Source: Patescibacteria group bacterium (GTDB lineage: Bacteria > Patescibacteriota > Patescibacteriia > UBA9570). From it: a DNA stretch of 64,000 nt. Of the stretch, positions 10,438-20,771 are shown in pieces. The translations under genes and the position numbers were made by a program. Position 1 is the stretch's first letter; the number at the start of each line of letters is the position of its first letter. The stretch spans positions 104,720 to 168,719 of the forward strand of contig JBAYIY010000001.1 in the NCBI GenBank assembly GCA_041665365.1, given 5' to 3'. The notes below the pieces were generated by a model. It saw only the letters and a list, made by a program, of their open reading frames with translations, did not search any database and was not told the DNA's origin.

Positions 10438-11167
10438 AAAATAAGAAATGACTCAGATACATAATCTGATAGATCGGCAAACCAAAAGTTTCTTCGAGTA
10501 AATCATAAAAAATATATGGTACGGTGGATAACATTATCAAACTGATCGCAACCAATAAGAACCTAGTGAAACCGGTAGAAATAGCCACGTATTTGCCAAT
10601 GCGCTTAACTTTCATTAGTGTCATTAAACCAAATGCAAACACTAATAAAGTATAAATATACGGCGTTGGCTCATCTAACTCTAACGATATTAAATCTGTT
10701 TTTGTCGTAAACACAAATATTAAAACAACAAAAGTAACAATTAATCCAATGAGAACTCTGATTTGCATCGCTGATCGACTATCATGCACTTTTAAAAAAG
10801 CCTCCGCGCCAATGGCTATCAACAACAAACTTATCAAATAAAAATTGACTGTATTCACCAACACATGATCAGAATAGTTAACAAACGCACCCATACTCAT
10901 GCTGAAATATTCCACAATATGCGATATGGTGAAAACAAATAAAGCCGCTAAACTGGCTTGAAAAAATTTTTCTAGAATTGGATCGTAAGAATAATACCGC
11001 ACAAAAATTCTGACAATCGCTAAGGCAATAAAGAAAACAGCGATCATATGAATGATACCAAATTGAAAGAATAATTGTCCGGTAAATTCTGTTATGGCGA
11101 TAATGGCTAAGTTAACAAAAAACAACACCACTGGACTAAATATTTTTTCGGTTTTGATTTTATCCAT
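10364..11167 (-). CDS. Polytopic membrane protein, hypothetical
   Basis: 267 aa with 7-8 hydrophobic spans. Confidence 0.45.
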   Translation of the reverse strand: MDKIKTEKIFSPVVLFFVNLAIIAITEFTGQLFFQFGIIHMIAVFFIALAIVRIFVRYYSYDPILEKFFQASLAALFVFTISHIVEYFSMSMGAFVNYSDHVLVNTVNFYLISLLLIAIGAEAFLKVHDSRSAMQIRVLIGLIVTFVVLIFVFTTKTDLISLELDEPTPYIYTLLVFAFGLMTLMKVKRIGKYVAISTGFTRFLLVAISLIMLSTVPYIFYDLLEETFGLPIYQIMYLSHFLFYAAVSWVFLAFGRIKISGGVYADL

Positions 11168-11257
11168 AAGTACAGATTAATTTTTTTATAAATAGATAAT
11201 GTAATAAGTATACTACATTTTACCAAAATTGCTATCTGACAACTGGAATTATGACCC

Positions 11258-11815
11258 TTATAATTCTTTCTTAATGGCCTCTAATAACAAAACAAATTTA
11301 TTGTAACCAGCGGCGTCATTAAAATGACCGGCGTTTTTGACTAGTGTAACAGTAACACCCAACTCAGTGGATAATTTATTAGCGGCATTGATCGGCACAT
11401 AGGGATCATTATCCGAGTAGAATAAATAGAATTTTGGACAATTTTGTTTTATGTTTGGCCAAATAAAACTTCTGTCGACAAAAGTCTTATTGATCTCATC
11501 AAACGCTGGGTTGTCCAATAAACTAATAAAGCCAGCCACGAAAAAAGCTGCTTTGATTGGTTGGTTAATCCTTTCCAAAACATCTAACAAAAAAGCCACG
11601 CCTAGACTATGCCCAATCACTATAGAGTTCTGATCTAATAATTTTTCGTATTCACTAAAAACATCTTTCCAACTAGCCAGAGTTTGGTTATCTGGTGTCG
11701 GAAATTTCGGCACATAAACTGTATTACCTAATGTCTCTAATTCACTCTTCAACCAAGGCAACCAATTTTCTTTTGGTTGTCCAAAGGCACCGTGGATAAT
11801 AAATATGTTGGACAT
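11258..11815 (-). CDS. Alpha/beta hydrolase (YdeN/RBBP9-like serine hydrolase)
   Basis: 185 aa. IIHGAFGQPKENWLPWL and a GHSLGV nucleophile elbow. Confidence 0.6.
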   Translation of the reverse strand: MSNIFIIHGAFGQPKENWLPWLKSELETLGNTVYVPKFPTPDNQTLASWKDVFSEYEKLLDQNSIVIGHSLGVAFLLDVLERINQPIKAAFFVAGFISLLDNPAFDEINKTFVDRSFIWPNIKQNCPKFYLFYSDNDPYVPINAANKLSTELGVTVTLVKNAGHFNDAAGYNKFVLLLEAIKKEL

Positions 11816-11822
11816 AATTTTG

Positions 11823-11895
11823 TCGGGGTAGCCAGACTTGAACTGACGACCTCACGCACCCCATGCGTGCGCGCTACCAACTGCGCCATACCCCG
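11823..11895 (-). tRNA. tRNA-Pro(GGG): tRNA-Pro (anticodon GGG)
   Basis: Reverse complement CGGGGTATGGCGCAGTTGGTAGCGCGCACGCATGGGGTGCGTGAGGTCGTCAGTTCAAGTCTGGCTACCCCGA folds as a cloverleaf. Anticodon stem CACGC/GCGTG, loop AUGGGGU, with a GTTCAAGT T-loop. CCA is not encoded. Confidence 0.8.
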
Positions 11896-12339
11896 TTATA
11901 TTAACACTGCCAAATCGTTCAACACTTGTTCTACATGCTCAGCCGGTTTGACGTGCTCATAGATTTTAGCAATTTTACCAGCCGGGTCAACTAAAAACGA
12001 ACTCCGTTTGGTGCCGAGTAAACTAGTTACACCATAGGCTTTAACCATGTCTTTCTTTTCATCAGACAGTAATGTAAAAGGTAAACCGTACTTATCAACA
12101 AATTTTTTATGGCTAGCCACGGAATCAGTACTGATACCAACCACGATAGCATCAACATTTTTAAACTTTGGTAAGTTATCCCGAAATGAGCAGGCCTCTT
12201 TAGTACAACCAGGGGTATCATCTTGTGGATAAAAATAAACCAGCACCCACTGCCCGGCCCAATCGGCTAAGGCATGCAGCGCACCGGTATAATCTGGTAA
12301 ATTAAACTCCGGGGCTTTATCCCCAATCTTGAGTGTCAT
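11896..12339 (-). CDS. bcp: Thiol peroxidase / peroxiredoxin (Bcp type)
   Basis: 147 aa. YFYPQDDTPGCTKEACSFRD is the Bcp/PrxQ active-site motif. Confidence 0.8.
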   Translation of the reverse strand: MTLKIGDKAPEFNLPDYTGALHALADWAGQWVLVYFYPQDDTPGCTKEACSFRDNLPKFKNVDAIVVGISTDSVASHKKFVDKYGLPFTLLSDEKKDMVKAYGVTSLLGTKRSSFLVDPAGKIAKIYEHVKPAEHVEQVLNDLAVLI

Positions 12340-12679
12340 TGTCTTCTTCGTTATTGTTGGTCACTCCGGCCACGGTGGCAATGTCGGCATCTTGAAACAA
12401 CACATGTTCTTGCTCGAATAACTTATTTAAACCGGTCACATCTTTTTCGGCTAACATTTTTTTCTGTAGTTTTACACCAGCCACCACGGCGCGGATTTTT
12501 TGGGGGTGATCCAAGAAATAATCCATGGCCGCCTCCCGTTTGGTATCAGGCACAATATCCAGCACTTTAAAAAAAATATCCTGATCACGTCTGGTCAGAC
12601 CATCAAATGGATCAGCAATCGAAGCTTCTGCGTCTTCTGAAAAGCTATCGTCTAACCATGTTTCTTCAAAGTCCCCCAT
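12317..12679 (-). CDS. Hypothetical acidic protein
   Basis: 120 aa, compact and co-directional with its neighbours. No recognisable motif. Confidence 0.35.
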   Translation of the reverse strand: MGDFEETWLDDSFSEDAEASIADPFDGLTRRDQDIFFKVLDIVPDTKREAAMDYFLDHPQKIRAVVAGVKLQKKMLAEKDVTGLNKLFEQEHVLFQDADIATVAGVTNNNEEDNDTQDWG

Positions 12680-12687
12680 AAACTTTA

Positions 12688-12921
12688 TTAAGCAGCTTGT
12701 TGTCTAACCCTAAATCTTTCTAAAAACTGATCTTCTAAAGATATATTATTATTAGCAGCATCGTCGTCAAATAACTGAACGGCACCTTCAAGAACTTCCC
12801 CTAAATTATTAGAGGCCAAACGTTTCTCTGCTGCTATTTTCACTCGTTCCTCGAGTGATACTATATTACCGCGTTCTAAGTTCTTCATAAAATAGATAGA
12901 TTGAATAATGTTTACTAACAA
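12688..12921 (-). CDS. Hypothetical small protein
   Basis: 77 aa, ORF only. Confidence 0.3.
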   Translation of the reverse strand: MLVNIIQSIYFMKNLERGNIVSLEERVKIAAEKRLASNNLGEVLEGAVQLFDDDAANNNISLEDQFLERFRVRQQAA

Positions 12922-12978
12922 GACTTATCAGAAAAAAACGATTTTGTCAAGAGCCTGTGATTAGTATATCATATCGAC

Positions 12979-14202
12979 ATGATTTGTCGACAATGCCAGC
13001 AGCCATTTACAGTGTTTCCGGATGAAACAGAGCTTCATCAGAGTTTTGGTCTACCAGCACCAACCTTGTGCCCGGTTTGCCGTTTACAAGGCAGATTAGC
13101 GTTTCGTAATGAACGTTCGTTATATAATCGCACATGTGACCTGTGTCATCAACCCATTGTGTCAATTCATAAGGGAACAGCCCCTTACCCAGTATATTGC
13201 CAACCCTGTTGGTGGAGTGACCAATACGATGCTATGGCATCGGGCCAACCATTTGATTTTTCTAAAACATTTACGGAGCAATTTAAACAATTACAACTGG
13301 CTGTCCCACACGCTGCCCTCTACCAAACTAATGCCACTAATAGTACTTATAATAATTACGTCTTGAATATCTCTGATTGTTACCTGTTATTCGGTGGCGG
13401 TAATAACGAACACTGTTTATATGGCAAATATATTATTGATTGTAAAGATGTGCTGGATGTCTATTCCAGTATCCAAAATGAACTAGGTTACGAATTAGTT
13501 GGCTCTGATCATTGTTATAATTGCCGGTATGCGGATTTTAGCCGTAACTGTCGTGATTGTGCGTTTATTGCCGAGTGCCTTGCCTGTAGTGATTGCATCA
13601 TGTGTTACGGTTTACAACATAAACAATATTATTACCAAAATAAATATGTCGGCCCGGAAAAGTTTGCCGTGTTGAAAGACCAATATGATCATCTCACCGC
13701 GGCGGGTTGGGAAAATGCTGTCCAAGAATTTAAAGACTTTAGAAAAACCTTTCCGCAACGCGCCAGTCATATCTATGCCAGTGAAGATTGTACCGGTGAT
13801 TTAATTTCGAATAGTGTGGATTGTCACGAATGTTTCGATATTAAAGAATCTGAACATTGCCGCTATGTCTCGTATATTCCCTTGGCCAAGGATAGTGTAG
13901 ATTGTACGTTTGGTGCGCCGTATGGTGTCGAACACTGTTATAATTTATGTTCCGCCACCGGCAATAAAAATTGTCATAATGCTTTTTTAATCTGGAACAG
14001 TTACGACGTAGCTTACTCAACCGAGTGTCATCTCAGTCATGATTTATTTGGCTGCGCCGGTTTACGCAAGCAACAATACTGTATTTTAAATAAACAATAT
14101 AATCCTGCAGAGTATCAAGCATTAAAAGAAAAAATTATTACCCATATGACAACCACCGGCGAATGGGGTGAATATCTATCTCCAGAATATGTTACATTGT
14201 AA
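12979..14202 (+). CDS. Cysteine-rich protein with N-terminal zinc-ribbon and many CxxC pairs
   Basis: 407 aa. N-terminus CRQCQQPFTVFPDETELHQSFGLPAPTLCPVCR, followed by more than 15 CxxC/CxC pairs. Confidence 0.5.
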   Translation: MICRQCQQPFTVFPDETELHQSFGLPAPTLCPVCRLQGRLAFRNERSLYNRTCDLCHQPIVSIHKGTAPYPVYCQPCWWSDQYDAMASGQPFDFSKTFTEQFKQLQLAVPHAALYQTNATNSTYNNYVLNISDCYLLFGGGNNEHCLYGKYIIDCKDVLDVYSSIQNELGYELVGSDHCYNCRYADFSRNCRDCAFIAECLACSDCIMCYGLQHKQYYYQNKYVGPEKFAVLKDQYDHLTAAGWENAVQEFKDFRKTFPQRASHIYASEDCTGDLISNSVDCHECFDIKESEHCRYVSYIPLAKDSVDCTFGAPYGVEHCYNLCSATGNKNCHNAFLIWNSYDVAYSTECHLSHDLFGCAGLRKQQYCILNKQYNPAEYQALKEKIITHMTTTGEWGEYLSPEYVTL

Positions 14203-14443
14203 ACGCTGTCAGGCATCTTTTAAGATTATTCCAGACGAACAGGCTTTGTATAAACAATTACACGTGCCTGAACCGGTGATGTGTTTTAATTGTCGTCATG
14301 CTGATAGAACTACTCGGCGGAGACCTTACCAATTACGTTCAATTCAGTGTAGTAAATGTCAAAAACCAATCATGACCAACTCTCCTCGAGACATGGGTAA
14401 TGTGATATACTGTGAGCAGTGTTTTATTGAGTCATTAATTTAA
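14168..14443 (+). CDS. Small zinc-ribbon protein, paralogous to the N-terminus of the upstream Cys-rich protein
   Basis: 91 aa. CKRCQASFKIIPDEQALYKQLHVPEPVMCFNCR shows the same CxxC...F.I.PDE...P.P..C..CR pattern. Overlaps the previous gene by 35 bp in another frame. Confidence 0.4.
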   Translation: MNIYLQNMLHCKRCQASFKIIPDEQALYKQLHVPEPVMCFNCRHADRTTRRRPYQLRSIQCSKCQKPIMTNSPRDMGNVIYCEQCFIESLI

Positions 14444-14469
14444 TAAATTAAATAAATAAAAAAAACTTT

Positions 14470-16674
14470 ATGTTGACACGTACTCTAATTTGCCTCTTAT
14501 TGCTACTGCCCAGTTTAAGTTTGGCCGAAACCATTAATCAAACTACGGCTCGGGCGACTAACTTAGGTATTTTTGGAGGAGAAGTGCGCGATGTAGCAAT
14601 TGATACCACTAACAATGTTTGGTATATCACCACCTACTCACCAACTGGTTTTTTCCATTCCAGTGATAATGGTGCTACCTGGCTTGGTTTAGATAGTACC
14701 ACAAATAATTTAGGTCAACCCAGTGGTGTAGACATTGATGCCGACGGCAACGTGTTTACTATAATGGGTGGAAATCTTTATGAGAGTACTGACCATGGTA
14801 TAACTGTCACAGAAATAGGCGATTTTAATGGTTACGCCAATTTGGTGCATTATGCTGATGGGATATTATATGTCGGCCGACAAGATGGTAATATTTCTAT
14901 CAGTACAAATGGTGGTAATAGCTTTTCAGATGTCTTAGTTGATCGCACCGATCAATATCCCGTCTCACTGGCTACCTCCTCAACTAGTAACATTGTTTAT
15001 GTGGTAATGGAAGATGGCAATAATTCAGTCTTGTACGTATCAAGTAACGGCGGACACACCTGGGCAGTAGCCAATACCGATGATGTCGCTGAGCGCTATG
15101 TGGTTATCGCCGTTGATCCGACTGATGAAACCCACTTGATTCTGACGAGCCATGATGAATCGGCCAGTAATTGGCAGAGTTATAACGCCGGGGCAACTTG
15201 GGATCCTATCGTTGGAGTGAATTACACAAAAACTGTCACCTTTGATAGTACCGACCGCATTTATATGGGTGTGTCATACTCTGATGATAATGGTGTCACT
15301 TGGCAAAGTATCACCGATACTACACCTAGTAGTCGTGTGAACCAATCGGTTTGGGTAGATACTAGTAACAATAATAATCTATTTGGTGCCAGTTTTGCTG
15401 CACTGGCTGTCAGCACTGATCGTGGAGTTACTTGGACAGATAGTAATAATGGCATTACTGCAGTTACTGTAAAAGATCTGGCGCAATCGACGGATAAAAA
15501 TACCGTTTGGGCGGCGACTAATTCTGGTCTGGCGAAAACGACTGACTTTTTGTCCGCTAGCCCCACCTGGGAATTCCCGATTTTTTATGATTCATTTCCG
15601 GAATCGGTTTGGTTAGATGCGGCCAATTCCGATCATGTTGTAGTGGGTGGTATGGGTGCGATGTATGTGTCGACTGATGGGGGTGATAATTGGACAACCG
15701 CCACGGGTTGGGATAGTAATCTCACGGCTTACCAAATAGCCAGCGCTGTAGGTGAATCTAATACACTGTATGCCGCTGCCGCTGTGCAATCGCTTGAAGC
15801 CACCAGGACGGGTGAGGTGTTTAGTAGTACCGACGGCGGTGCTACTTGGACATCGTTAAGCATTCCAGGTGATGCCGCTGTCCAAAGTTTGGCTGTTACC
15901 ACCACTGGTGAAGTGTATGTTGGTGCCGGCATTATCGGTATCTCTGGAGCGGGTGCCACGGGCATTTATAATTATGATGGCACTTGGCACTATTTAGATA
16001 ACAGTCCAACTGAAGAAATCACGAGCATAATTGTTGATCGAAGTGATGATAATACTCTCTATGCGACCGCCAGCGATTTTAGCAGCACCCAAACGAGTGC
16101 TGGCGGTGTTTATAAAACTACCGATAGTGGTAATAGTTGGACACAACTGACCAGTGGTTTAGAAAATGCCTCACAGTATCGCGTAATTTCACAACAGATT
16201 AGTACTAACACCTTATATGTTTCCGGCACTGATACGGCGAATAATTCTGGAGCGTTGTGGAAATCAACCGATGGCGGAAATACTTGGGGTGAATATTATG
16301 TTGGTTTGAAAGATGAGGATTTTAATTGTTTGTTATTCGATGGTTTAATGACCGGTAATAGTCGTGGTGCCTACAACCTTAAAGGTAAGGCGAAACTGAA
16401 AATTACTGTTACCAATACTACGCTCTCATCAACTTTAAAAGATGCGGCTACCCACAAAAAATTAAAACACAAAAAAGTGACCCTTTGGAAAAAACACAAC
16501 GACTCTTGGACAAAGATTGGCACGACTACTAGTAACAACAAAGCCAAGGTTCATTTCACAGTACATCCACGGAAAAAAACCACGTATCGTTTACAATACA
16601 AACCAACCGGTCAAGCGGCCGAAGAATATACTAAGTCTTACTCAAAAACGTTGACGTTGACGGTGCCCAACTGA
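14470..16674 (+). CDS. Secreted BNR/Asp-box repeat beta-propeller protein with lysine-rich C-terminal tail
   Basis: 734 aa, signal peptide. At least 10 SxDxGxTW Asp-box motifs (SSDNGATW, STDHGITV, SSNGGHTW, SDDNGVTW, STDRGVTW, STDGGDNW, STDGGATW, TTDSGNSW, STDGGNTW). C-terminal tail is K-rich. Confidence 0.7.
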   Translation: MLTRTLICLLLLLPSLSLAETINQTTARATNLGIFGGEVRDVAIDTTNNVWYITTYSPTGFFHSSDNGATWLGLDSTTNNLGQPSGVDIDADGNVFTIMGGNLYESTDHGITVTEIGDFNGYANLVHYADGILYVGRQDGNISISTNGGNSFSDVLVDRTDQYPVSLATSSTSNIVYVVMEDGNNSVLYVSSNGGHTWAVANTDDVAERYVVIAVDPTDETHLILTSHDESASNWQSYNAGATWDPIVGVNYTKTVTFDSTDRIYMGVSYSDDNGVTWQSITDTTPSSRVNQSVWVDTSNNNNLFGASFAALAVSTDRGVTWTDSNNGITAVTVKDLAQSTDKNTVWAATNSGLAKTTDFLSASPTWEFPIFYDSFPESVWLDAANSDHVVVGGMGAMYVSTDGGDNWTTATGWDSNLTAYQIASAVGESNTLYAAAAVQSLEATRTGEVFSSTDGGATWTSLSIPGDAAVQSLAVTTTGEVYVGAGIIGISGAGATGIYNYDGTWHYLDNSPTEEITSIIVDRSDDNTLYATASDFSSTQTSAGGVYKTTDSGNSWTQLTSGLENASQYRVISQQISTNTLYVSGTDTANNSGALWKSTDGGNTWGEYYVGLKDEDFNCLLFDGLMTGNSRGAYNLKGKAKLKITVTNTTLSSTLKDAATHKKLKHKKVTLWKKHNDSWTKIGTTTSNNKAKVHFTVHPRKKTTYRLQYKPTGQAAEEYTKSYSKTLTLTVPN

Positions 16675-17913
16675 ACCGCCGGAACGACGGCCACTGAAAC
16701 CACCTCTACGTCCACCAAAAGATCGTCCACCGAAAGATTTTCGGCCGGCTGGGTGACTGCTGGCAGCGGGTAGATCAATTGTTTCGATTGATGTCATTTT
16801 GCGCTGAGTCATTGGTTTAGTCGTGAAACGTTGAATTCTACGAAACAAATCAGACTGATCAATTGCCACTAATGATATTGCTTTACCCATTCGACCCGCT
16901 CGACCAACTCGACCAATGCGATGAACATAATCTTCAGCCTGTTCAGGTAAATCATAGTTAATTACCACATCTAAGTGGGCAATATCAATACCACGACCAG
17001 CGATGTCGGTAGCTACTAATATTTTGGAACGTTTGCTTTGTAAGGCCGCTAAGGCTTGTTTACGTTGAAACAATGAGCGATTGGAATGTAATTCTTCGGC
17101 GCGCCAACCTTTTTCCCGTAATACTTGAGTTAAACGTTTGGCGCCATGTTTTGTGCGTGTAAAAATTAGAGCTGTGGTATTTTTATCAGCAATTAATTCA
17201 AAAATCGCTGTATTTTTTTGGCCAGTTCCAACCACCACAAATTCCTGCTCAATATTTTCGGCGGTTGTGCCACTCGGTGCCACTTCAATCGATACCGGTG
17301 TACGCATCGATTGCGTCACTAAACTGCGAATACTGCTGGGCATAGTAGCGGAAAACAATAAAGTTTGACGCTGCGCGGGCGGTACGACATGTTTTAAGAT
17401 ATCTTTAATTTGAGGAGCGAAACCCATATCAAACATGCGGTCTGCTTCATCTAAAATTAAGGTATTGACCGCTTGTAAATTAACAGTACGTTGGCGTAAA
17501 TGATCCAATAAGCGACCGGGTGTAGCAATTATGCAACGCGGTCGTCGTTTCAAAGCCGAAATTTGTGCCCCCATCCCCGCTCCACCAATTACCACGGCAT
17601 AAGGTAAACGCAAATCGCGCTCAAACCATTGCCATACGTCGGCGACCTGCTGAGCTAATTCACGCGTTGGGACTAAAATTAAAGCCTGTCCTGGATTCTG
17701 AGCCAATTTCATTACGGTTGGTAAGACAAACACTAGTGTTTTACCGGTGCCGGTCTGGGCTAAACCAATCACATCGTGTCCTTGCAAAACCGGCGGTAAC
17801 GCCTGATGTTGAATGGGTGTGGGGATATTAATATGGCGTTGTTGCAACAACCGCAGAACGGCTGGAGCAATGCCAAGATCAGCAAAAGTTGCTGGTGTCG
17901 CAGTGGTACTCAT
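16642..17913 (-). CDS. DEAD-box ATP-dependent RNA helicase with C-terminal RGG/arginine-rich tail
   Basis: 423 aa with Q-motif, GTGKT, DEAD (LDEADRMFDMGF), SAT and HRIGRVGRAG motifs. Tail is GGRSFGGRRGGFSGRRSGG. Its 3' end overlaps the convergent BNR gene by 33 bp. Confidence 0.85.
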   Translation of the reverse strand: MSTTATPATFADLGIAPAVLRLLQQRHINIPTPIQHQALPPVLQGHDVIGLAQTGTGKTLVFVLPTVMKLAQNPGQALILVPTRELAQQVADVWQWFERDLRLPYAVVIGGAGMGAQISALKRRPRCIIATPGRLLDHLRQRTVNLQAVNTLILDEADRMFDMGFAPQIKDILKHVVPPAQRQTLLFSATMPSSIRSLVTQSMRTPVSIEVAPSGTTAENIEQEFVVVGTGQKNTAIFELIADKNTTALIFTRTKHGAKRLTQVLREKGWRAEELHSNRSLFQRKQALAALQSKRSKILVATDIAGRGIDIAHLDVVINYDLPEQAEDYVHRIGRVGRAGRMGKAISLVAIDQSDLFRRIQRFTTKPMTQRKMTSIETIDLPAASSHPAGRKSFGGRSFGGRRGGFSGRRSGGSVGHRQRQRF

Positions 17914-18263
17914 AGAATGTGTATAATGTTAACCGATACTCCGGAACATTTCCACAAACCAGAGAACCGATACGAATAAATAAAACGTGATGAGTATATA
18001 GGAACCGGCGGTTCCTGTCAAGAACACACCCCGTTGATTAATATATATTCATTCAAAAATAATTTTTCGGGTTGTCAATAATATATTTCCTTATATTGCA
18101 TAATTCATGTTCAGTACGAATAATATGATCATGATACCGCGGTTGCCATTGAAAACTATAACCGGATGACCAAATACGTTTGGTACAGATCGATTTGAAT
18201 TGGTTGATGATGGAACCAAGTGAATTGGGTAATAAACGCGGTTTGTGCGTTGAAACAACCCGT

Positions 18264-18292
18264 GTAGAGACGTCCCGCCGGGACGTCTCTAC
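18264..18292. repeat. 29-bp near-perfect palindrome GTAGAGACGTCCCGCCGGGACGTCTCTAC (copy 1 of a palindromic repeat family)
   Basis: 13-bp arms with a 3-nt centre. Overlaps the stop of the SRPBCC gene. No T-run on either side. A second, longer copy lies at 25981-26027. Confidence 0.7.
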
Positions 18293-18684
18293 GAAAAATA
18301 CTCTTTCATTGGTGCGAAATAATGTTCTTCCCAGCCTTCCCGATATGACGCTTCCTGATTTTTTGGTGTGCCGACATGCTTGAGTTTTAAACTGGTACCA
18401 GTTTTGGTGGCTTTTAATTCAATCGTCAGAATTGAATCTGGATCAGCGTCAGAAAATTCGGTTGTTCTCCAGGTTTGCACAATCTTTTTTCCAGGCACTA
18501 ATTCCAGGTTTTTCCCCGAAATATATCCATCCCAAGCCGTAAATTTTTCACCAACTTTTTTTGAGGCGGTGGCTTGACCGCCGGTCATGGCACCGTGTTT
18601 TTCCCCGTCCAACCAGGCTGTGTAAACCGCTGTTGAACTAGCGGGTAATTTTGTTGTGAGTTTTATCATAACCGTAGTATACAT
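18289..18684 (-). CDS. SRPBCC-family protein (AHSA1/YndB-like)
   Basis: 131 aa. Pattern typical of Activator-of-Hsp90-ATPase-homolog/START-like small proteins (VQTWRTTEFSD...LKLKHVG...EGWEEHYF). Confidence 0.6.
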   Translation of the reverse strand: MYTTVMIKLTTKLPASSTAVYTAWLDGEKHGAMTGGQATASKKVGEKFTAWDGYISGKNLELVPGKKIVQTWRTTEFSDADPDSILTIELKATKTGTSLKLKHVGTPKNQEASYREGWEEHYFAPMKEYFS

Positions 18685-18713
18685 AATAAAAGAAAAATGT
18701 TATAGTACGCGTA

Positions 18714-19091
18714 ATGTCTGAACAAAAATTGATACTAATAGCCGAAGATGAACCAGCTCTAGCCAGAGCCATGCAACTCAAATTAGAGCGCAGTGGTTTC
18801 GCTGTGGAGGTCGCGAGCGATGGTGAAGTTGTACTGGAAAAATATGTCCCGGGTAAATATGACTTAATCTTATTAGATTTAATGATGCCAAAGAAAAACG
18901 GTTTTGACGTTTTAACCGCTTTGCAGAAATTAAAAAATACCACACCAATTATTGTCAGTTCTAACCTTAATCAAGCGGAAGATGTATCTCGTACCAAAGA
19001 ACTAGGTGCCGTGGATTACTTAGTAAAATCTGAAATTCCCATCTCAGAAATTATCACTAAAATAAAAAGTCGCCTGACACCTACTACTTAG
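18714..19091 (+). CDS. Stand-alone response-regulator receiver (REC) domain protein
   Basis: 125 aa. LIAEDEPALARAM...DLILLDLMMPKKNGFDVL carries the phospho-acceptor Asp signature. Lies immediately upstream of pilB. Confidence 0.75.
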   Translation: MSEQKLILIAEDEPALARAMQLKLERSGFAVEVASDGEVVLEKYVPGKYDLILLDLMMPKKNGFDVLTALQKLKNTTPIIVSSNLNQAEDVSRTKELGAVDYLVKSEIPISEIITKIKSRLTPTT

Positions 19092-19122
19092 CCACTCAGA
19101 TAAAAATAATAAACAAAAAAAT

Positions 19123-20766
19123 ATGGCCAAACGAGAATTCAATGTTCGAGCCGTGCAAAGCATTTTAGTGCGTGAAGATTATATTACCTCACAAGATGTA
19201 GCCAAGGCTGAAAATTATGCCAAAACCTACAACGCTAGCCCACTTGAATATTATTTGTCTAGTGGCGTACTCACTGAAGAATTACTTGGCCAAGCTTTAG
19301 CTGAAGCGTTTAATGTAACATTCGTTGATTTGCTGACTAATCTACCAGACGCCACCCACATTCAACTTATTCCCAAAGAAACTAGTGAGGCCTTACGGAT
19401 TGTCGTTTACAAGATAGACGATCAAACAGTCACACTAGCGACCGACGATCCAACTCAGCTCGATATCAATAAACTAACCAACCAACTGTTTCCTGATCGT
19501 CAGTTAAAAATTGTTTACGCTTTACCATCTGCCATCGATTTTGCACTCGCCACCTATCGTTCTTCATTGGATTCTCAACTCCAAAATTTATTTTCCGGCG
19601 ATGCCTTACAGGCTCCGGAAGGCATCCAAATTATTGTCAGCGAAGCGATTTTGCACCGGGCGTCGGATATTCATTTTGAGCCCAGCGAAACTGAAGTCAT
19701 TCTTCGTTATCGCATTGATGGTATGCTGCATGAAATGGCCAAATTAAAACACGATTTTTTTGATCTACTAGTTAATCGTATTAAAGTCATGTCCCGCCTA
19801 CGAATTGATGAGCATATGACTCCTCAAGACGGTGCCATGCGCATGGTAATAGATAATAAACCAGTTGATTTACGCGTCTCATGTGTACCAATGTTAGATG
19901 GTGAAAAAATTGTCATGCGCGTGCTGGCTCAATATGTAAAAGATTTTTCTTTGCAAGATATTGGTTTATTAACTGATCATCAAACCAAAATTAAAGAAGC
20001 TCTCAAAAAACCGTATGGTATGGTGTTAACCACTGGTCCAACTGGCTCCGGTAAAACTACCACGCTCTATGCTTTGATAAAATTGCTTAATACTCCTTAC
20101 GTCAATATCACTACCATTGAAGATCCAGTCGAATATAAAATCAGTGGTGTCAATCAAATGCAAGTGAACAATATCATGAACGTCACTTTTAGTACTGGTT
20201 TACGTTCGTTGATGCGGCAAGATCCTGATGTTATTTTGTTGGGCGAGGTGCGCGATTTTGATTCCGCCAACAATGCAGTTAATGCTGCCTTAACTGGCCA
20301 TTTAATGTTTTCTACGTTTCACGCTAATGATGCCGCTACCACTATCCCCCATTTGCAAGAAATGGGGATTGAACCATTTCTACTAGCCTCAGCTTTAGAA
20401 TTGATTATTGCCCAACGGTTAGTACGTAAAATTTGTAGTCATTGTCGCATTAGTTACGTTGTGCCACGTAAAAGCTTAAAACCAATTGTGCGCGCCCACT
20501 ACGGCAGTGAAACTGCCACTCTCTATAGAGGTAAAGGTTGCGTGGCTTGTAACCAGTTGGGTTACATGGGTCGGGTGCCAGTCTTTGAAATGATTCAAAT
20601 GACGAGTGAAATGCGTGATTTAGTACTTAACCATGCTTCATCTGAACAAATTTGGGAATTAGCTTTACAACAAGGTAGCCAATCGTTTTTTTCTGATGGT
20701 ATGAAGAAAGTTAATCTTGGATTAACTACTTTGGAAGAATTACTGCGCGTCATTCCAACAAAATAA
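19123..20766 (+). CDS. pilB: Type IV pilus assembly ATPase (GspE/PilB family)
   Basis: 547 aa. Walker A TGPTGSGKTTTLYA, GEVRD Asp box and a tetracysteine CSHC...CVAC motif. Confidence 0.85.
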   Translation: MAKREFNVRAVQSILVREDYITSQDVAKAENYAKTYNASPLEYYLSSGVLTEELLGQALAEAFNVTFVDLLTNLPDATHIQLIPKETSEALRIVVYKIDDQTVTLATDDPTQLDINKLTNQLFPDRQLKIVYALPSAIDFALATYRSSLDSQLQNLFSGDALQAPEGIQIIVSEAILHRASDIHFEPSETEVILRYRIDGMLHEMAKLKHDFFDLLVNRIKVMSRLRIDEHMTPQDGAMRMVIDNKPVDLRVSCVPMLDGEKIVMRVLAQYVKDFSLQDIGLLTDHQTKIKEALKKPYGMVLTTGPTGSGKTTTLYALIKLLNTPYVNITTIEDPVEYKISGVNQMQVNNIMNVTFSTGLRSLMRQDPDVILLGEVRDFDSANNAVNAALTGHLMFSTFHANDAATTIPHLQEMGIEPFLLASALELIIAQRLVRKICSHCRISYVVPRKSLKPIVRAHYGSETATLYRGKGCVACNQLGYMGRVPVFEMIQMTSEMRDLVLNHASSEQIWELALQQGSQSFFSDGMKKVNLGLTTLEELLRVIPTK

Positions 20767-20771
20767 TCACT

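Noticed and set aside
11777-11962. 61-aa plus-strand ORF
   Set aside because: It overlaps the tRNA-Pro gene (11823-11895, minus) and the bcp 3' end. It is spurious.
18264-18292. Palindrome as a canonical intrinsic terminator of the SRPBCC gene
   Set aside because: It is a strong hairpin, but no U/T-tract follows it on the minus (gene) sense. It is reported as a repeat-family member instead.
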